Shown here one piece after another: positions 13,522 through 24,672 of a stretch of 64,000 bases of DNA. Position numbers and translations under genes: made by a program. Numbering within the stretch: the first letter of the stretch is position 1; each line of letters starts with the position of its first letter. The DNA is from Schmidtea nova. Its lineage: Eukaryota. The notes under the pieces are model-generated. The model was not told the DNA's origin and made no database searches. It saw nothing but the letters and a program-made list of their open reading frames with translations. Where the stretch lies: contig CM097882.1 of assembly GCA_044892505.1 (NCBI GenBank), forward strand, positions 349,494,001-349,558,000, written 5' to 3'.

Positions 13522-13662
13522 AAAATTATACTGTCCAATACACAAAAATATACTGACACTTAATTATTTATACCGACCAAAAATTTTAAAATTAATTAAG
13601 AAAATTATACTGTCCAATACACAAAAATATACTGACACTTAATTATTTATACCGACCAAAAT
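13522..13662. repeat. Tandem duplication (~62-bp core, 80-bp period) in the MULE right subterminal region
   Basis: aaaattatactgtccaatacacaaaaatatactgacacttaattatttataccgaccaaaa occurs twice. Confidence 0.85.
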
Positions 13663-13758
13663 ATTATTTTATACTGATATTTTATTTAATAAAATACTGA
13701 CCAATTATTAAAAAAATACTGACCAAATAAATAAACCCCCTTTATCAAGTATGTATAC

Positions 13759-13791
13759 ACACTTGATAAAGGCTGTGCCGAAATATTGTGT
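13759..13791 (+). ncRNA. Minimal type I hammerhead ribozyme motif (U3-A8 variant)
   Basis: ACAC-UUGAUAA-A-GGC(UGU)GCC-GAAA-UAU-U^GUGU: stem I ACAC/GUGU, stem II GGC/GCC, palindromic stem III AUAU. This is the architecture known for PLE hammerheads. Confidence 0.7.
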
Positions 13792-13853
13792 TACTGTTTA
13801 TAAAAAAAAATTTTGATCTATAGTCATTATGAGAATTATTGATAATAATAATA

Positions 13854-13920
<67 letters not shown>

Positions 13921-13923
<3 letters not shown>

Positions 13924-14736
13924 GTAAGTTTCACAAAAGGCCAAGATACACTAAATGCAAACACCGAGCTATATTCTAAAAGTTTACATAGTGGTCATAT
14001 CCTCCCATGGAAAAGCTACGTTCCACTTCAACGCAAAATCGCATTACTAATAGGAGAAAGAAAAAGAGCCATAAGAAACTGTTCAGACGCAAACAAAATA
14101 CAAGAAACATTAGAAAACTTCAAAATACGATTCCTCCAAAATGGATACCCTGAAGACTTTGTAAAGAAACACTTCCTTAACGAACCATACCACAATAAAC
14201 GCAACAATAGGAAACGCCAGAAACACAATAACAATAACAAACACAAAACATATCTAAGATTACCTTTCCTAAATGACACTACAGCCAACAAAATCACCAA
14301 CATTTTTAATCAAACAGATTTGCCTATCCACATCCGTCCAACGTTCATAACCTCCGCACCGTTAAAATCACAACTCCGAAAGCCACCAATTTCCAACATC
14401 TCCAAACATAAATGTCTTTACCGTTCCACAACCCGATGCTTTTGCTTTTCCAAAAATATAGTATATAAACTTTCTTGTCAAAAATGTGACGCTACTTACA
14501 TAGGAGAAACACATAGAACTTTTCGCACCCGACTTAATGAACACACTAAAAACAAAACCAGTAATTATTACGAACACTGGGAGAAAGTACATAAAACAAC
14601 TCCATCTATAGAAGAAACAAAATGCCAGATTCTACAAGAGGGATTCAAAAATTCATTACAAAGATTAGCTTCCGAGACTTTTTACATAAAAAAATACAAA
14701 CCGTCCATCAACATTCAATTCGCACAAAAAAATTAA
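13921..14736 (+). CDS. PLE ORF C-terminal part: RT thumb region + GIY-YIG endonuclease (271 aa, no RT catalytic core)
   Basis: FLQNGYP, YLRLPF, IVYKLSCQKCDATYIGETHRTFRTRLNEH, YEHWEKVH, LASETFYI and PSIN are Penelope GIY-YIG hallmarks, including the CCHH motif. Confidence 0.88.
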
Positions 14737-14830
14737 AATAAATTTTTTCATCCAATAAAATCATTATAAAATATTAAAAAAATAATTAAGGCTACTATTT
14801 AGGATTAAGTAAATATAACGATAGAAATAC

Positions 14831-14863
14831 ACATTTGATAAAGGCTGTGCCGAAATATTGTGT
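14831..14863 (+). ncRNA. Second hammerhead motif, in the downstream pLTR
   Basis: acat-ttgataa-a-ggctgtgcc-gaaa-tatt-gtgt. Identical core; stem I has one G-U pair. Confidence 0.68.
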
Positions 14864-15709
14864 TATTGTTTATAAAAAAAAATTTGATCTATAGTNNNNN
14901 NNNNNNNNNNNNNNNNNNNNNNNNNNNNNNNNNNNNNNNNNNNNNNNNNNNNNNNNNNNNNNNNNNNNNNNNNNNNNNNNNNNNNNNNNNNNNNNNNNNN
15001 NNNNNNNNNNNNNNNNNNNNNNNNNNNNNNNNNNNNNNNNNNNNNNNNNNNNNNNNNNNNNNNNNNNNNNNNNNNNNNNNNNNNNNNNNNNNNNNNNNNN
15101 NNNNNNNNNNNNNNNNNNNNNNNNATAATTTTTTATCTCCAACAAAGAAATATAAATTTTTTGATTTAAAATGTTTTCATTATTTTATTTCTCTTATTGA
15201 ATAAGAAATTATTTATTAAAATAAAGTGAAAATTCAATTGGAGTTCATATAATATTTACAAACATTTGATTTTCTAATTAAATTTTCTTAATTAGCCATA
15301 ACTTTGCCGGATTTCTAATGAAATAAAAACTCTATTTTACCATATTTCTAAAAACTATGATTGATTTTTATAGTTATAGCTAGCCATTTAATAATAGACG
15401 CGGCGTTCTTTAATATAATAGTCAAGAGTCTTGAAATACTTAATTTCATAAAAGTATTTTCCTTTTTTGAGTTAACTTATTAGAGACAAAACTGACACCG
15501 CATACTTTATACGGATTTGTTAAGTAAAAGACACAATATTGTTTATCTCTCAATGTGAATGTTTATAAATTTAGAAAATATATCAACAAAAACATTATAT
15601 GTACATAAAAACCTTAAGTAATATTCAAAAATAGAAGTTACGCATTTCATTATAAAAGTGCTGGTTGCAGTATATAAATACTAGCCCGTCGCTTTATTGC
15701 AGCTATATA

Positions 15710-16830
15710 TTAGGTTGGACCAAAAATAATTGCCGTTTTTATTCGTTTAAACTTTAATGCTTATTTTCTTATTAATGTTAATTTATTAATCTAATTATTA
15801 ATTTATTAATCCTCTTCTTATTTATGTTAATTTCTTTTGTTTTCGTTTTTTGTTAAATCTTCGCTGTTTATATTAAAGATGTAAAAAGTGCGAATTCGAT
15901 CGATTTTATTGTATGAGTTCAAACTAGGCCATAATATACCGCAAGCTGTTCGTAATATCATCCAGGCGTTTGACCAGAAGTCGATCAACAAACGTACAAC
16001 TCGACATTGGTTCCAAAATTTCCGTAGTGGAGATGAAAGCCTTGACAATGCTGAGGGTGACAGACGTCCTTCTGCAATTGTCGACGACCAATTGAGAGCA
16101 ATTTCTAAGCAGACCCACGCAAAAAAACTCGAGAACTAGCAAAAGAACTTAATTTTGGCCATCCAACAGTTGTTCGACATTTGCACTGAATTGAAAAATC
16201 AAAAAACTTGACAAACGGGCGCTATACGAATTTAACGAAAACCAAAAATTTCGACGATATGAAGTCTGCCCTGGTCTTTTTTGGCGCTACAAAAAAGAGC
16301 TATTTCTCGATCGCATTGTAACATGAGACGAAAAATGGATTTTATATAACAACCATCGTTGCTCCACGCAGTGTCTGGACGTAGATGAAGCTCCAAAACA
16401 TTTCCAAAAACCAAATCTCCATCAAAAGAAGGTCATTGTTAGTGTTTAGTGGTCAGCAAGTGAAATCATCCACTACAACTTCTTGAATCCTGGTTAAACT
16501 ATAACAACAAAGAAAATTTGTCAGGAAATCGGCAAAATGCACCAAGAGCTTCAGCATTTACGTCCGTCATTTGTCAGTGAAAAGGACCAATTCTTCTCCA
16601 TGACAACGCTCGTCCGCACGTGGCAAAGGTGACTTTGTAGAAATTGAATGAACTGGGTTACGAAATTTTACTTCACCCAACTTAATCACTAGACTTCTAC
16701 CAAGCGATTACCACTTTTTGAAGCAGCTCGACAACTTCCTGCAAGAGAAAGTTTTAAAAAATTAAACAGAAGCTGAAATAGCCTTCGAAGATTTCAATGA
16801 TTCCAGAACTCAATAATTCTACACTAAAGT
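15710..16830 (+). mobile_element. Degenerate mariner (Mos1-like) element
   Basis: Left TIR TA|ttaggttggaccaaaaataattgccgtttt. Transposase remnants LLYEFKLGH..., DRIVT*DEKWILYNN, LLHDNARPHVA with many stops and frameshifts. Right TIR not found. Confidence 0.88.
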
Positions 16831-17035
16831 ATAGAATTTATAGTATTTTCCTAATTAGACTTTTTTTCCATTCTAATCTGAATTTTGTCCGGCGTATTTC
16901 ATAATTTTCTAGTCTAATTGGAGTTCTTCGGGTTACATTTTCTAAATCAATTTGTTTTACACAAATTTTATTACCTAGAGGCTTCTATACATATAATTAA
17001 TTTGGGTGATTGAATCATGTTGTTGACGAATCGGG

Positions 17036-17260
17036 TTCATGTTTTCCAATCGCTCGGATTTCCAATTAGCTATGGTTTTCTATTAGGTAATTAACTTTTA
17101 AATTAATTTGTTTTTTCTTAATATTTACTTTTGAGGACGCCTCTTTGATTTTATATTACTATATTTGAATTTATCTCAATATTTGGCTTTCATCCATACC
17201 AATTTCCCCGCAAAATATTTATTTTTAATTTTTCAATTCTTTAAATTAATTTTACACGTT
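17036..17260. repeat. Dispersed repeat, similar to 39520-39735
   Basis: Shared blocks tgttttcca..ctcg..tttcc, g.ggac.c.ctttga.tt.ta.attacta, taccaatttcccc and atttttaatttttcaa in the same order. Confidence 0.6.
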
Positions 17261-17458
17261 TATTATTGTATCATTTGGTGCAAAGGTTTAAGTCCTTTAT
17301 GTATCGTAAGGAAAGAAGTTTTATAAAAATATAATTCACTCGGGAAAACGCTATTTTTATTTTTATACTTCCATTTTGTTTTGGAAGTGTTTCCTACAAT
17401 AAATTATAAGTATATTTCTATTTCAATCTTAGAAAATTAAATTATTTAAATGAATTAA

Positions 17459-17913
17459 CCCCTTTCATGTGCGGAACGTAATACTATGTTTCGGCTGGAT
17501 TTTGCAACAACGGACAGAACATAAAATAACTTTTTAGTAGCCTTTTACATCCCCACACTGTCATGTTTATAATATTACGTTTAGTGTTGTTTATTGTATT
17601 GATTCGGCAGATGGCAGAACTGAACCATAAAATTAATAGAAAATTTTATAAAAAAACACTGAATAAGTCAATACTTGGCCCGTTAGTTCTTTGTTTTTCT
17701 ACCCTTTGCGCTTGACCGGGAGACATTTTCCAACCTATGTACCTGTCACAACAAAGAAAGTAAATACACAGAGAATTTGTACAGTTTGTTTCTTCGAAGA
17801 AAGTGAATGGTAGGAAAATTAGTAAAGACTCACGATATGAGTGTGCTGACTGTGATGTTGGTTTGTGTGCAGCACCTTGCTTTCAAATTTATCACACTAT
17901 TCGAAAATTCTAA
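17459..17913 (+). mobile_element. piggyBac internal-deletion remnant (terminus + C-terminal cysteine-rich domain)
   Basis: TTAA|CCCCTTTCATG start. 17709-17913 encodes RLTGRHFP...CTVC/...RYECADCDVGLCAAPCFQIYHT with one frameshift (PGBD4-type CRD). Confidence 0.8.
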
Positions 17914-20146
17914 TGTGAATCTGATGTAAATTTGAATATTGACTAAGTTTTGGTACTTAAAAAACTTATTTCTTGTCTTTTTATGTCACTTACATACTTT
18001 CAAAATTGTGTTTTTGTCAAAAAGGTAACAAAATTAAAAATTTTTGTTTTTTCCAAAAATAACTCATCATTACGCGAAATTTTTGAAAAAAATTCTACAA
18101 TAAAGGAGCTAAAAAGTTCTTAATTGAACTATTTTTTATCCAAGCATGGCAAATGACCATTTTTTAAATGTTATTAATATGAAATGAATGAAAAAAAGAA
18201 TAATTTAATGGAACTCTAAACAAATATTCAGTATAAAATTATAAAATTTTGGAAATATAATAATTGCAACATGAAATTTTAATAATGTAATTTTTTTTAA
18301 TTTTCTAAATATTTCGAACCTATCAAAATTTGGCATAAATCACAGAATATCATCTTTGATGTTTAATATTTGATATTAAATTAATATTTGTATTGTATTT
18401 ATGTGGAATTTCAAATTATATTACCAGAGAATAAAATAAGAAATTTATTCTAAAACATTATGAAAAACTTTCTAAAAAAAAATCAATATTTAATTGTGAT
18501 ATTTTTAAAGTTTTTATCATGAAATTGATACGTCAAATTTTTCTTAATTTGTACTTTTAATTTGCAGTGTAACGCCAATGGCAATTATTTATGGAATTGT
18601 TTTTATCTATCTGTAATGTCTGCGGTTTTTGGTTAAATTACAGATATTCGGTGAAAGAATTTTAAAAATAATTGACAATTTTATTTTGCAATTTTTCGAT
18701 CTCTAGAAGAAACTCTAAAAATATTTAAATTATTTGAATTATTTATATAAAATATTTTATTAATTATAATTTTAAACTAAATTTAAATAATTGGGTTTTT
18801 TTAAAAATAATATTTTATCTTAACAGAAATAGATTTTATTTCTATTCAGAACATAACTAATTGTTGAAAAGAAAGCAAAAATAAATCTATAATAGCGAAA
18901 TCTCGGCATCCGTTGCAATGCCCCTCAAGAAATTTTTATACATGAGATACAGAAGCCTAACACCACCGGCACGGAAACAACAACTTACCAAAGTTTCTTC
19001 ACAATCTGACAAACAGTGAATACTGAAAGAAATTTCAATAAATCAAATTTCTTTAATAACGATTTTATAGAAAAAACATTAACTATATATAAAATTTCAT
19101 CTCTATTTATACTATTTATGATAATCAAAACTATATTGATTTATAAAAATAATTATAATGTACAATTATAATGAAGCCATCTACCGTATAGGAAATTTTC
19201 AGCACAATAGTACGAGAAAAATTGAGTTATGTTAGAAAATGTATAAAAAATTTCTAAAAATGCCGACATTACCTCTCTTCTGCTCACTAAAAGAACTAAA
19301 GCCATCGCCTGAACGACCTCATAAACAATAAGGTTTCTTGTTAAAGATGTATCTACCAAATAACGAAATTTTCAAGACGATAGCTCTAACCGCTCCGGAG
19401 TCTAGAGCGGACATACATACATNNNNNNNNNNNNNNNNNNNNNNNNNNNNNNNNNNNNNNNNNNNNNNNNNNNNNNNNNNNNNNNNNNNNNNNNNNNNNN
19501 NNNNNNNNNNNNNNNNNNNNNNNNNNNNNNNNNNNNNNNNNNNNNNNNNNNNNCTTTTTTTATTGCGATCCAGAATTTCGAAAAATATTTTCTGATAGAC
19601 CAAACACATGGAAAGAAAATGTAAATGAGATTTATTTTTAGTTTTTGGTTTTTTATTTGTTATTAATTTTTTGATAATTTTTCCAACTCATTTGTTCAGT
19701 AACAACAGAGCGTTATAAAAGAATTAAAGTTTTATTTTATAGAATGTAACATTTTTCCGCAAGAAATTTTGCTTTTAATTTTTATTATCAAATAATTATT
19801 CACTTACTATCCAAAGTTAGATACCATTTTAACAGATGATACTTCTTCTATAGGTAAAATAAAACTTTATAGAACAAAGACTATGAATCATACCATAGAC
19901 TATGACTCACCCTCTATCATATGTATGATTCACCCTGATGACTCATCGCTTCACCGATGAGTCATTCAATCTTCAGTCAAAGAGCACCCTTCTCACTAAA
20001 GTAGCAATTCCCTCAACAATTATACTTTGGGTGCAATGTTTTTTATTGCCCCCAGAATTTCATGTTGTTAATTAAAAATAAAGAGAAAACTTTAACCATG
20101 AATAAAATAACACTTCACCCAGCGTATTTTTAATTTCTGAGTGTAA

Positions 20147-20474
20147 ATGACACAATCAAGGCGATTGACGTTTTTAGATGCTTGTGTTACTTTAAATGAA
20201 AAATCATTTATCCTGAAAAATGGTGACCTCAGTAATGAATTTAAAAGTGTCGAGTGCAGTAAGCGACAACAACAAAGTCAAGAAGAGAATACATCATTCG
20301 ATTCGCAATCAGTCACAAAGGATGCTGAAAATGATGGAGGTGATATGGAAGTATTCTCTAGTGGAAGTGAATTTTCGGATAGTGGTGAAAGCACTTTAGA
20401 AAATAATAACGTCGCTAGTGAATTATTTAATGGAGAAAATACTGTTTACAATAAAAATACTTATCAGTCAATAT
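20147..20474 (+). pseudogene. Probable acidic N-terminal remnant of a piggyBac transposase, interrupted by the hAT insertion
   Basis: Acidic Ser-rich ORF that is contiguous with the 23433-23870 piggyBac fragment once the hAT and one TSD copy are removed. Confidence 0.45.
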
Positions 20475-23424
20475 TAGGGCTTGCAATACCGATTAACCGA
20501 TTTACCGGTAAACCGGTAAATTGCTAAAAAATTCATTACCGAAAAACCGGTAAATTCATTATTTTTTACTGGTTTTTTCGGTAAAAATTTAAACTTTATA
20601 TTATACAATATTTATCGTTTTGTTCCGTTCCGTGCATACTATTTTATAAGTAAATAGTTGAATTAAATATTTAAAATTAATAATTATACTATAATAAAGA
20701 AATTCGACTTTATTTATAAAGTAGTATGTACGGAACAAAACGAAAAATATTGTAAAATATAAAAAGTTTCACACTTCTGTTCAGTGGTCACAAGTCACAC
20801 TCGCACCTACGGAAATATAAAACAAATTTTTGTTTCTTGTTGTGTATGCAAATGCGTGAAATATTCATGCTTAATATTCTATTATTCTATACATATATAT
20901 GTTAAGTGCTCGCTCAAACCGTGTTAAGTGCTCGCTCAAACCGAAGTAGAAATTTTTTATTTGGTTGTAATATTCAAGTTATATACTGACAGAAACGAAT
21001 GTTTTTCGTGGAATTTCGAAATATTGAACAATTTTAACTGTTAAAATTGAAATACATAAATTGTTGCAGTATATAATTTATAATAAATATATCAAATTTT
21101 TTTTTAATATAATAGAACGTCTCATAAAATTTAATAAAGGTAAGGTAATACAAAAAATACTAATTTAATCGTTATTTAAAACCAATAAATATTTTAGCCA
21201 TCATGCGTACAAATTTAATATGGACCTATTTCAAAGAAACAAATAAGAATGAAGCCGTCTGCAATAGTTGTGCGAAACCGATAAAATGTGTTGGTGGTAG
21301 CACTAGCGGTTTGCATGCCCATCTTAAATCTCAGCATAAAATTAATCTATTGAAGAGAAAAGATGACGAGAGTGATATGGCATCATCTAGTCAAATTACA
21401 AACAAAGTCATCGCTAGCACTACAAACAATAATATATCAAATTTCTTTATAAAAAAGGTTGATGATTCACTTCCAGCTGTTCTCGCGCGTTTGACAGCAA
21501 AAGATAATATACCGTTTTATAGAGTTGCCACATCCTACGATATCCGAGTACTAATTAAAGCTAAATATAATAAAGAAGTACCAAGATCTTCCCATACGAT
21601 CAAAAAAATTGTAATGGACTATGGGGATAAAATTCGCAAACAAGTGGTTGAAGATTTATCCAACCGAAAAGCTAATAATAGTGTATTCAGTTTGACGTTT
21701 GACGAGTGGACGTCTGTTAAGAATCGACGATATATGAACATAAACGTTCATGGAAATGACCGCTTTTGGAACTTGGGTCTTGTGAGAGTACATGGTTCGA
21801 TGCCAGCTGATAAATGTATAACGCTGTTGCAAAATAAGTTGAATGAGTTCAAACTAACTTTAGACAACATTTTTTCAATAACAACTGATGGTGCTTCGGT
21901 GATGAAGAAAGTAGGTTCGTTGATTAATGCTAATCATCAATTGTGTTTAGCACACGGCATTCAGCTAGCCGTCATTAATGTTTTATATCGTAAAAAAGAC
22001 ATGAGCAATATTCATATAGAGGAAGTAAGTATTGTGGATGAAACAGAAACCGATTTAGAAAGTGAAGAAGGCATTTCCGAAGAAGATGAAGTGGGCTTTG
22101 AAGTAATTAATACGGTACCCACTTGTATTGATGTTCAACATGAAGAAATAAGTCCTCTAATAACAAAAATTAGAAAAGTTGTTGTATTGTTTCGCAGATC
22201 CCCTACAATGAACGACAATTTACAGAAGCATATTAAGGAAGAATTTAACAAAGAGCTATCCTTGATCATAGACTCAAAAACCAGATGGAATAGTCTTTGT
22301 GCAATGCTAGAGAGATTCTGCGAAGTTGAAAGTGCAATAAGAAAAAGTTTAATCGACATTAAATCTGAGTTAAGTTTCAGCGAAAATGAAGTTGTTTTAC
22401 TTAAAAATATAATTGCATCATTGCAACCAGTAAAACTTGCTGTGGAAGCACTATGTCGAGAAGACGTTAATTTATATGTTTCAGATATAACAATGAAATT
22501 TATGTTAGATGAGCTTAGTGTGCAAAACACACTTCTAAGTAAAGAACTTAAAGAATCTCTAATTATACGTATTAAAGAAAGGAGAAACATTTGTGCAGAT
22601 ATTTTGCACTATCTCCATGATCCAAATGTAATTAATGTAAGAATAAGAAATGACGATGATAATTATGAAATATTCAATAAAACAACAAAACCATTGATAA
22701 TAAAAAAAATCGTTGAATTAATTGAACGGTTTACGTTAAATGAAGAGTCTGAAACTGAAATTTCAGATTCAGAAACATGTACTTCAGATGAGCGTGCAAC
22801 TCCGTCAACATCAGCATCGCCAGCGTTGACAATGAAAGAAAAGCTGCAACTTACAATTCAGCAGAAGATGAATAAATCGAATTTGGAAAGTACTCGCCCA
22901 AAATCACCTAAAGGTAAAGGATTAGCAAACATTATTAAAAAGGAAATGGACTTTTTCCAAGAACAGAACATCCGAGGTAAATATTTAGAGAAAGCATTTC
23001 AAATGTTGTTGACTGTTCGACCGACAAGTGTCGAATCGGAGCGCGCGTTTTCAGCAGCCGGTCTGATCTGCACCAAGTTGAGGTCGAGCTTAAATGATAA
23101 CACGTTAAACACAATGTGTTTTTTAAGGCAGTATTTTAATCAAAAACAAGAGTTGAAATGAAGTTTTAATTTTTTTCTAATTTGTGTTTATACTTTTTTT
23201 ATATATTATAATGTTATGATTATGAATTAATAAAATAAAAGAATGAATTAATAAAATAACTGACTTGAATTTTATAAAACATATTATAAGTAATTAGTTT
23301 GAATAAAATATCAACTAACTAAAATACTCTCAAAATTACCGGTAAATTACCGGTTTACCGGTTTTTTCCACATAAATTACCGAATTACCGGTAATTGAAA
23401 AAGTCGATAAATTTGCAAGCCCTA
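20475..23424 (+). mobile_element. Complete hAT DNA transposon (2950 bp)
   Basis: Perfect 12-bp TIR TAGGGCTTGCAA/TTGCAAGCCCTA, perfect 8-bp TSD gtcaatat (20467-20474, 23425-23432), and subterminal ACCGG/CCGGT repeats at both ends. Confidence 0.95.
21203..23161 (+). CDS. hAT transposase with BED finger, 652 aa
   Basis: BED finger IWTYF...CNSC...STSGLHAHLKSQH; TFDEWTS; TTDGASVM; CLAHGIQL (CxxH); TRWNS; dimerisation motif PTSVESERAFSAAG. Uninterrupted. Confidence 0.95.
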   Translation: MRTNLIWTYFKETNKNEAVCNSCAKPIKCVGGSTSGLHAHLKSQHKINLLKRKDDESDMASSSQITNKVIASTTNNNISNFFIKKVDDSLPAVLARLTAKDNIPFYRVATSYDIRVLIKAKYNKEVPRSSHTIKKIVMDYGDKIRKQVVEDLSNRKANNSVFSLTFDEWTSVKNRRYMNINVHGNDRFWNLGLVRVHGSMPADKCITLLQNKLNEFKLTLDNIFSITTDGASVMKKVGSLINANHQLCLAHGIQLAVINVLYRKKDMSNIHIEEVSIVDETETDLESEEGISEEDEVGFEVINTVPTCIDVQHEEISPLITKIRKVVVLFRRSPTMNDNLQKHIKEEFNKELSLIIDSKTRWNSLCAMLERFCEVESAIRKSLIDIKSELSFSENEVVLLKNIIASLQPVKLAVEALCREDVNLYVSDITMKFMLDELSVQNTLLSKELKESLIIRIKERRNICADILHYLHDPNVINVRIRNDDDNYEIFNKTTKPLIIKKIVELIERFTLNEESETEISDSETCTSDERATPSTSASPALTMKEKLQLTIQQKMNKSNLESTRPKSPKGKGLANIIKKEMDFFQEQNIRGKYLEKAFQMLLTVRPTSVESERAFSAAGLICTKLRSSLNDNTLNTMCFLRQYFNQKQELK

Positions 23425-23432
23425 GTCAATAT

Positions 23433-23870
23433 GCTAAGGCGTAATATTCTCACTCCAAGATCTCATTTTTTAATAAACTCTAAATTGACCAAATAAGCTA
23501 TTTCATTTTTCATTGAAAAATTGCTGTATCATATTCCACGATGCACCAATATTAAAGTGAAGTCTCTTGACAGTCAACCTTATTCCAGAAATCTTAAACA
23601 AATGGCTTCATATACACTGGAGAAAACAGAAATTTTATTCTGCTTTCATCGTGGAACCATATAAATGACATCGATAATTCCCAAAAGAACTAAGAAACTC
23701 ATTCTGTTTTTTAACTACAATAAGAGAAAGGGAAGTATGGATCGTTTGGATGAATGCATTGAGATGTTTTCTATGCGAAGAAAGACAATAAGATGGACAG
23801 AGTTGTTATTCTTTAGTCTGTTAGACGTCGCCTGTTACAATTCATTTGTAATTATGAACAAGTCGTAACC
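23433..23870 (+). pseudogene. piggyBac transposase remnant (late DDD region)
   Basis: YNKRKGSMDRLD...FSMRRKTIRWTELLFFSLLDVACYNSFVI matches the piggyBac YNxxKGGVD...RKTxRW...NAF motif. Confidence 0.75.
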
Positions 23871-24076
23871 ATCAACTACAGAGGAATTCGTATTTAAAAT
23901 AATCTTCATTCGAATTGGGACAAATGTAAGATAATTCAGCGCGTTTAAAATGGAAAACACTGCACACTCAAATAAACTCTCAGCTTAATTAGTTGGTTAA
24001 GAAGTGACTTTGCATACAGATCCTCAAGCCACGAATCCCATGTGATATCATCTGGAAGATGATATATATATATATA

Positions 24077-24672
24077 CAGGAATACCTCGCATAGTACGGT
24101 TTCGATCAGTACGGTTTCTCTATAGTACGGTTTTGAAATTTTCAAAATATGATTGTTTTTAAAATGATTAAATAAAATTTAAAAAGTTTTTAAAAAAGTT
24201 TTTAAAAAGTTTTAAAAAGTTTTAATAAAAGTTTTAATTTTAATAATTTAAAAAAGTTTTTTTTAATTAATTTTTTAGAATTTATTCGTTATTATAAAAT
24301 CAATAGATCAATAATAGATCAAAGTTGTTGGTTTTATATTTTTAATCGTAGAGTATGTTGACTTTTATATATTTAGATTTTAATTTAAAAAATAAAATGA
24401 GTGACAGAACAAAGTGTAAAAGTGACTCCACAAACAAAAAACGCAAATGGCTCACTTTAGAACAGAAGCTTAGCGTTATTAAACTTCATGAGGAACGGGC
24501 TTCGTTTGCTAAAGTAGGAAAAGAAAAGGGAATGAACGAGGCGAGGCGCCAGTTCGGAAAATTGGGAAAAATAAATTTCTTAATAGGGGTACTAAGACGT
24601 AAATTTATTAGTGCCAGAATGCCTCGAATAGTCCGGTTTCAAATAGTACGGCTAAATTCCAGAACCGATTAA
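24077..24672 (+). mobile_element. Tigger/pogo-like fragment(s) inserted in (TA)n
   Basis: TA|caggaatacctcgcatagtacgg TIR-like start with three agtacggttt repeats. ORF KRKWLTLEQKLSVIKLHE is a CENP-B/psq-type HTH. A second same-orientation TIR-like copy is at ~24615. Confidence 0.7.

Larger units (their letters stand above)
10791..13739 (+). mobile_element. Mutator-like (MULE) DNA transposon, apparently complete
   Basis: Imperfect TIRs (ggcttgtatttattgggtcagtatttt / aaaatactgaccaaataaataaacccc), arrays of GGTCAGTA subterminal motifs at both ends, a 9-11 bp TSD (c)ctttatcaa(g), and an intact transposase ORF. Confidence 0.9.
13750..14895 (+). mobile_element. 5'-truncated Penelope-like element: pLTR-(ATT)n-ORF-pLTR
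   Basis: Direct repeats at 13755-13853 and 14826-14895 (the second runs into an N-gap) flank a thumb + GIY-YIG ORF. Confidence 0.85.

Noticed and set aside
13921-13929. ATG|GTAAGT as a PLE intron donor
   Set aside because: The frame continues with PLE thumb homology, so it is most simply coding sequence.
19935-19975. CUGAUGA followed by a hairpin, as a possible hammerhead
   Set aside because: No GAAA after stem II and no stem I/III partners.
22135-22590. Antisense ORFs within transposase and GPCR genes (also 12825, 14028, 14368, 43670, 60711, 63552)
   Set aside because: Shadow ORFs of the real opposite-strand coding sequences.
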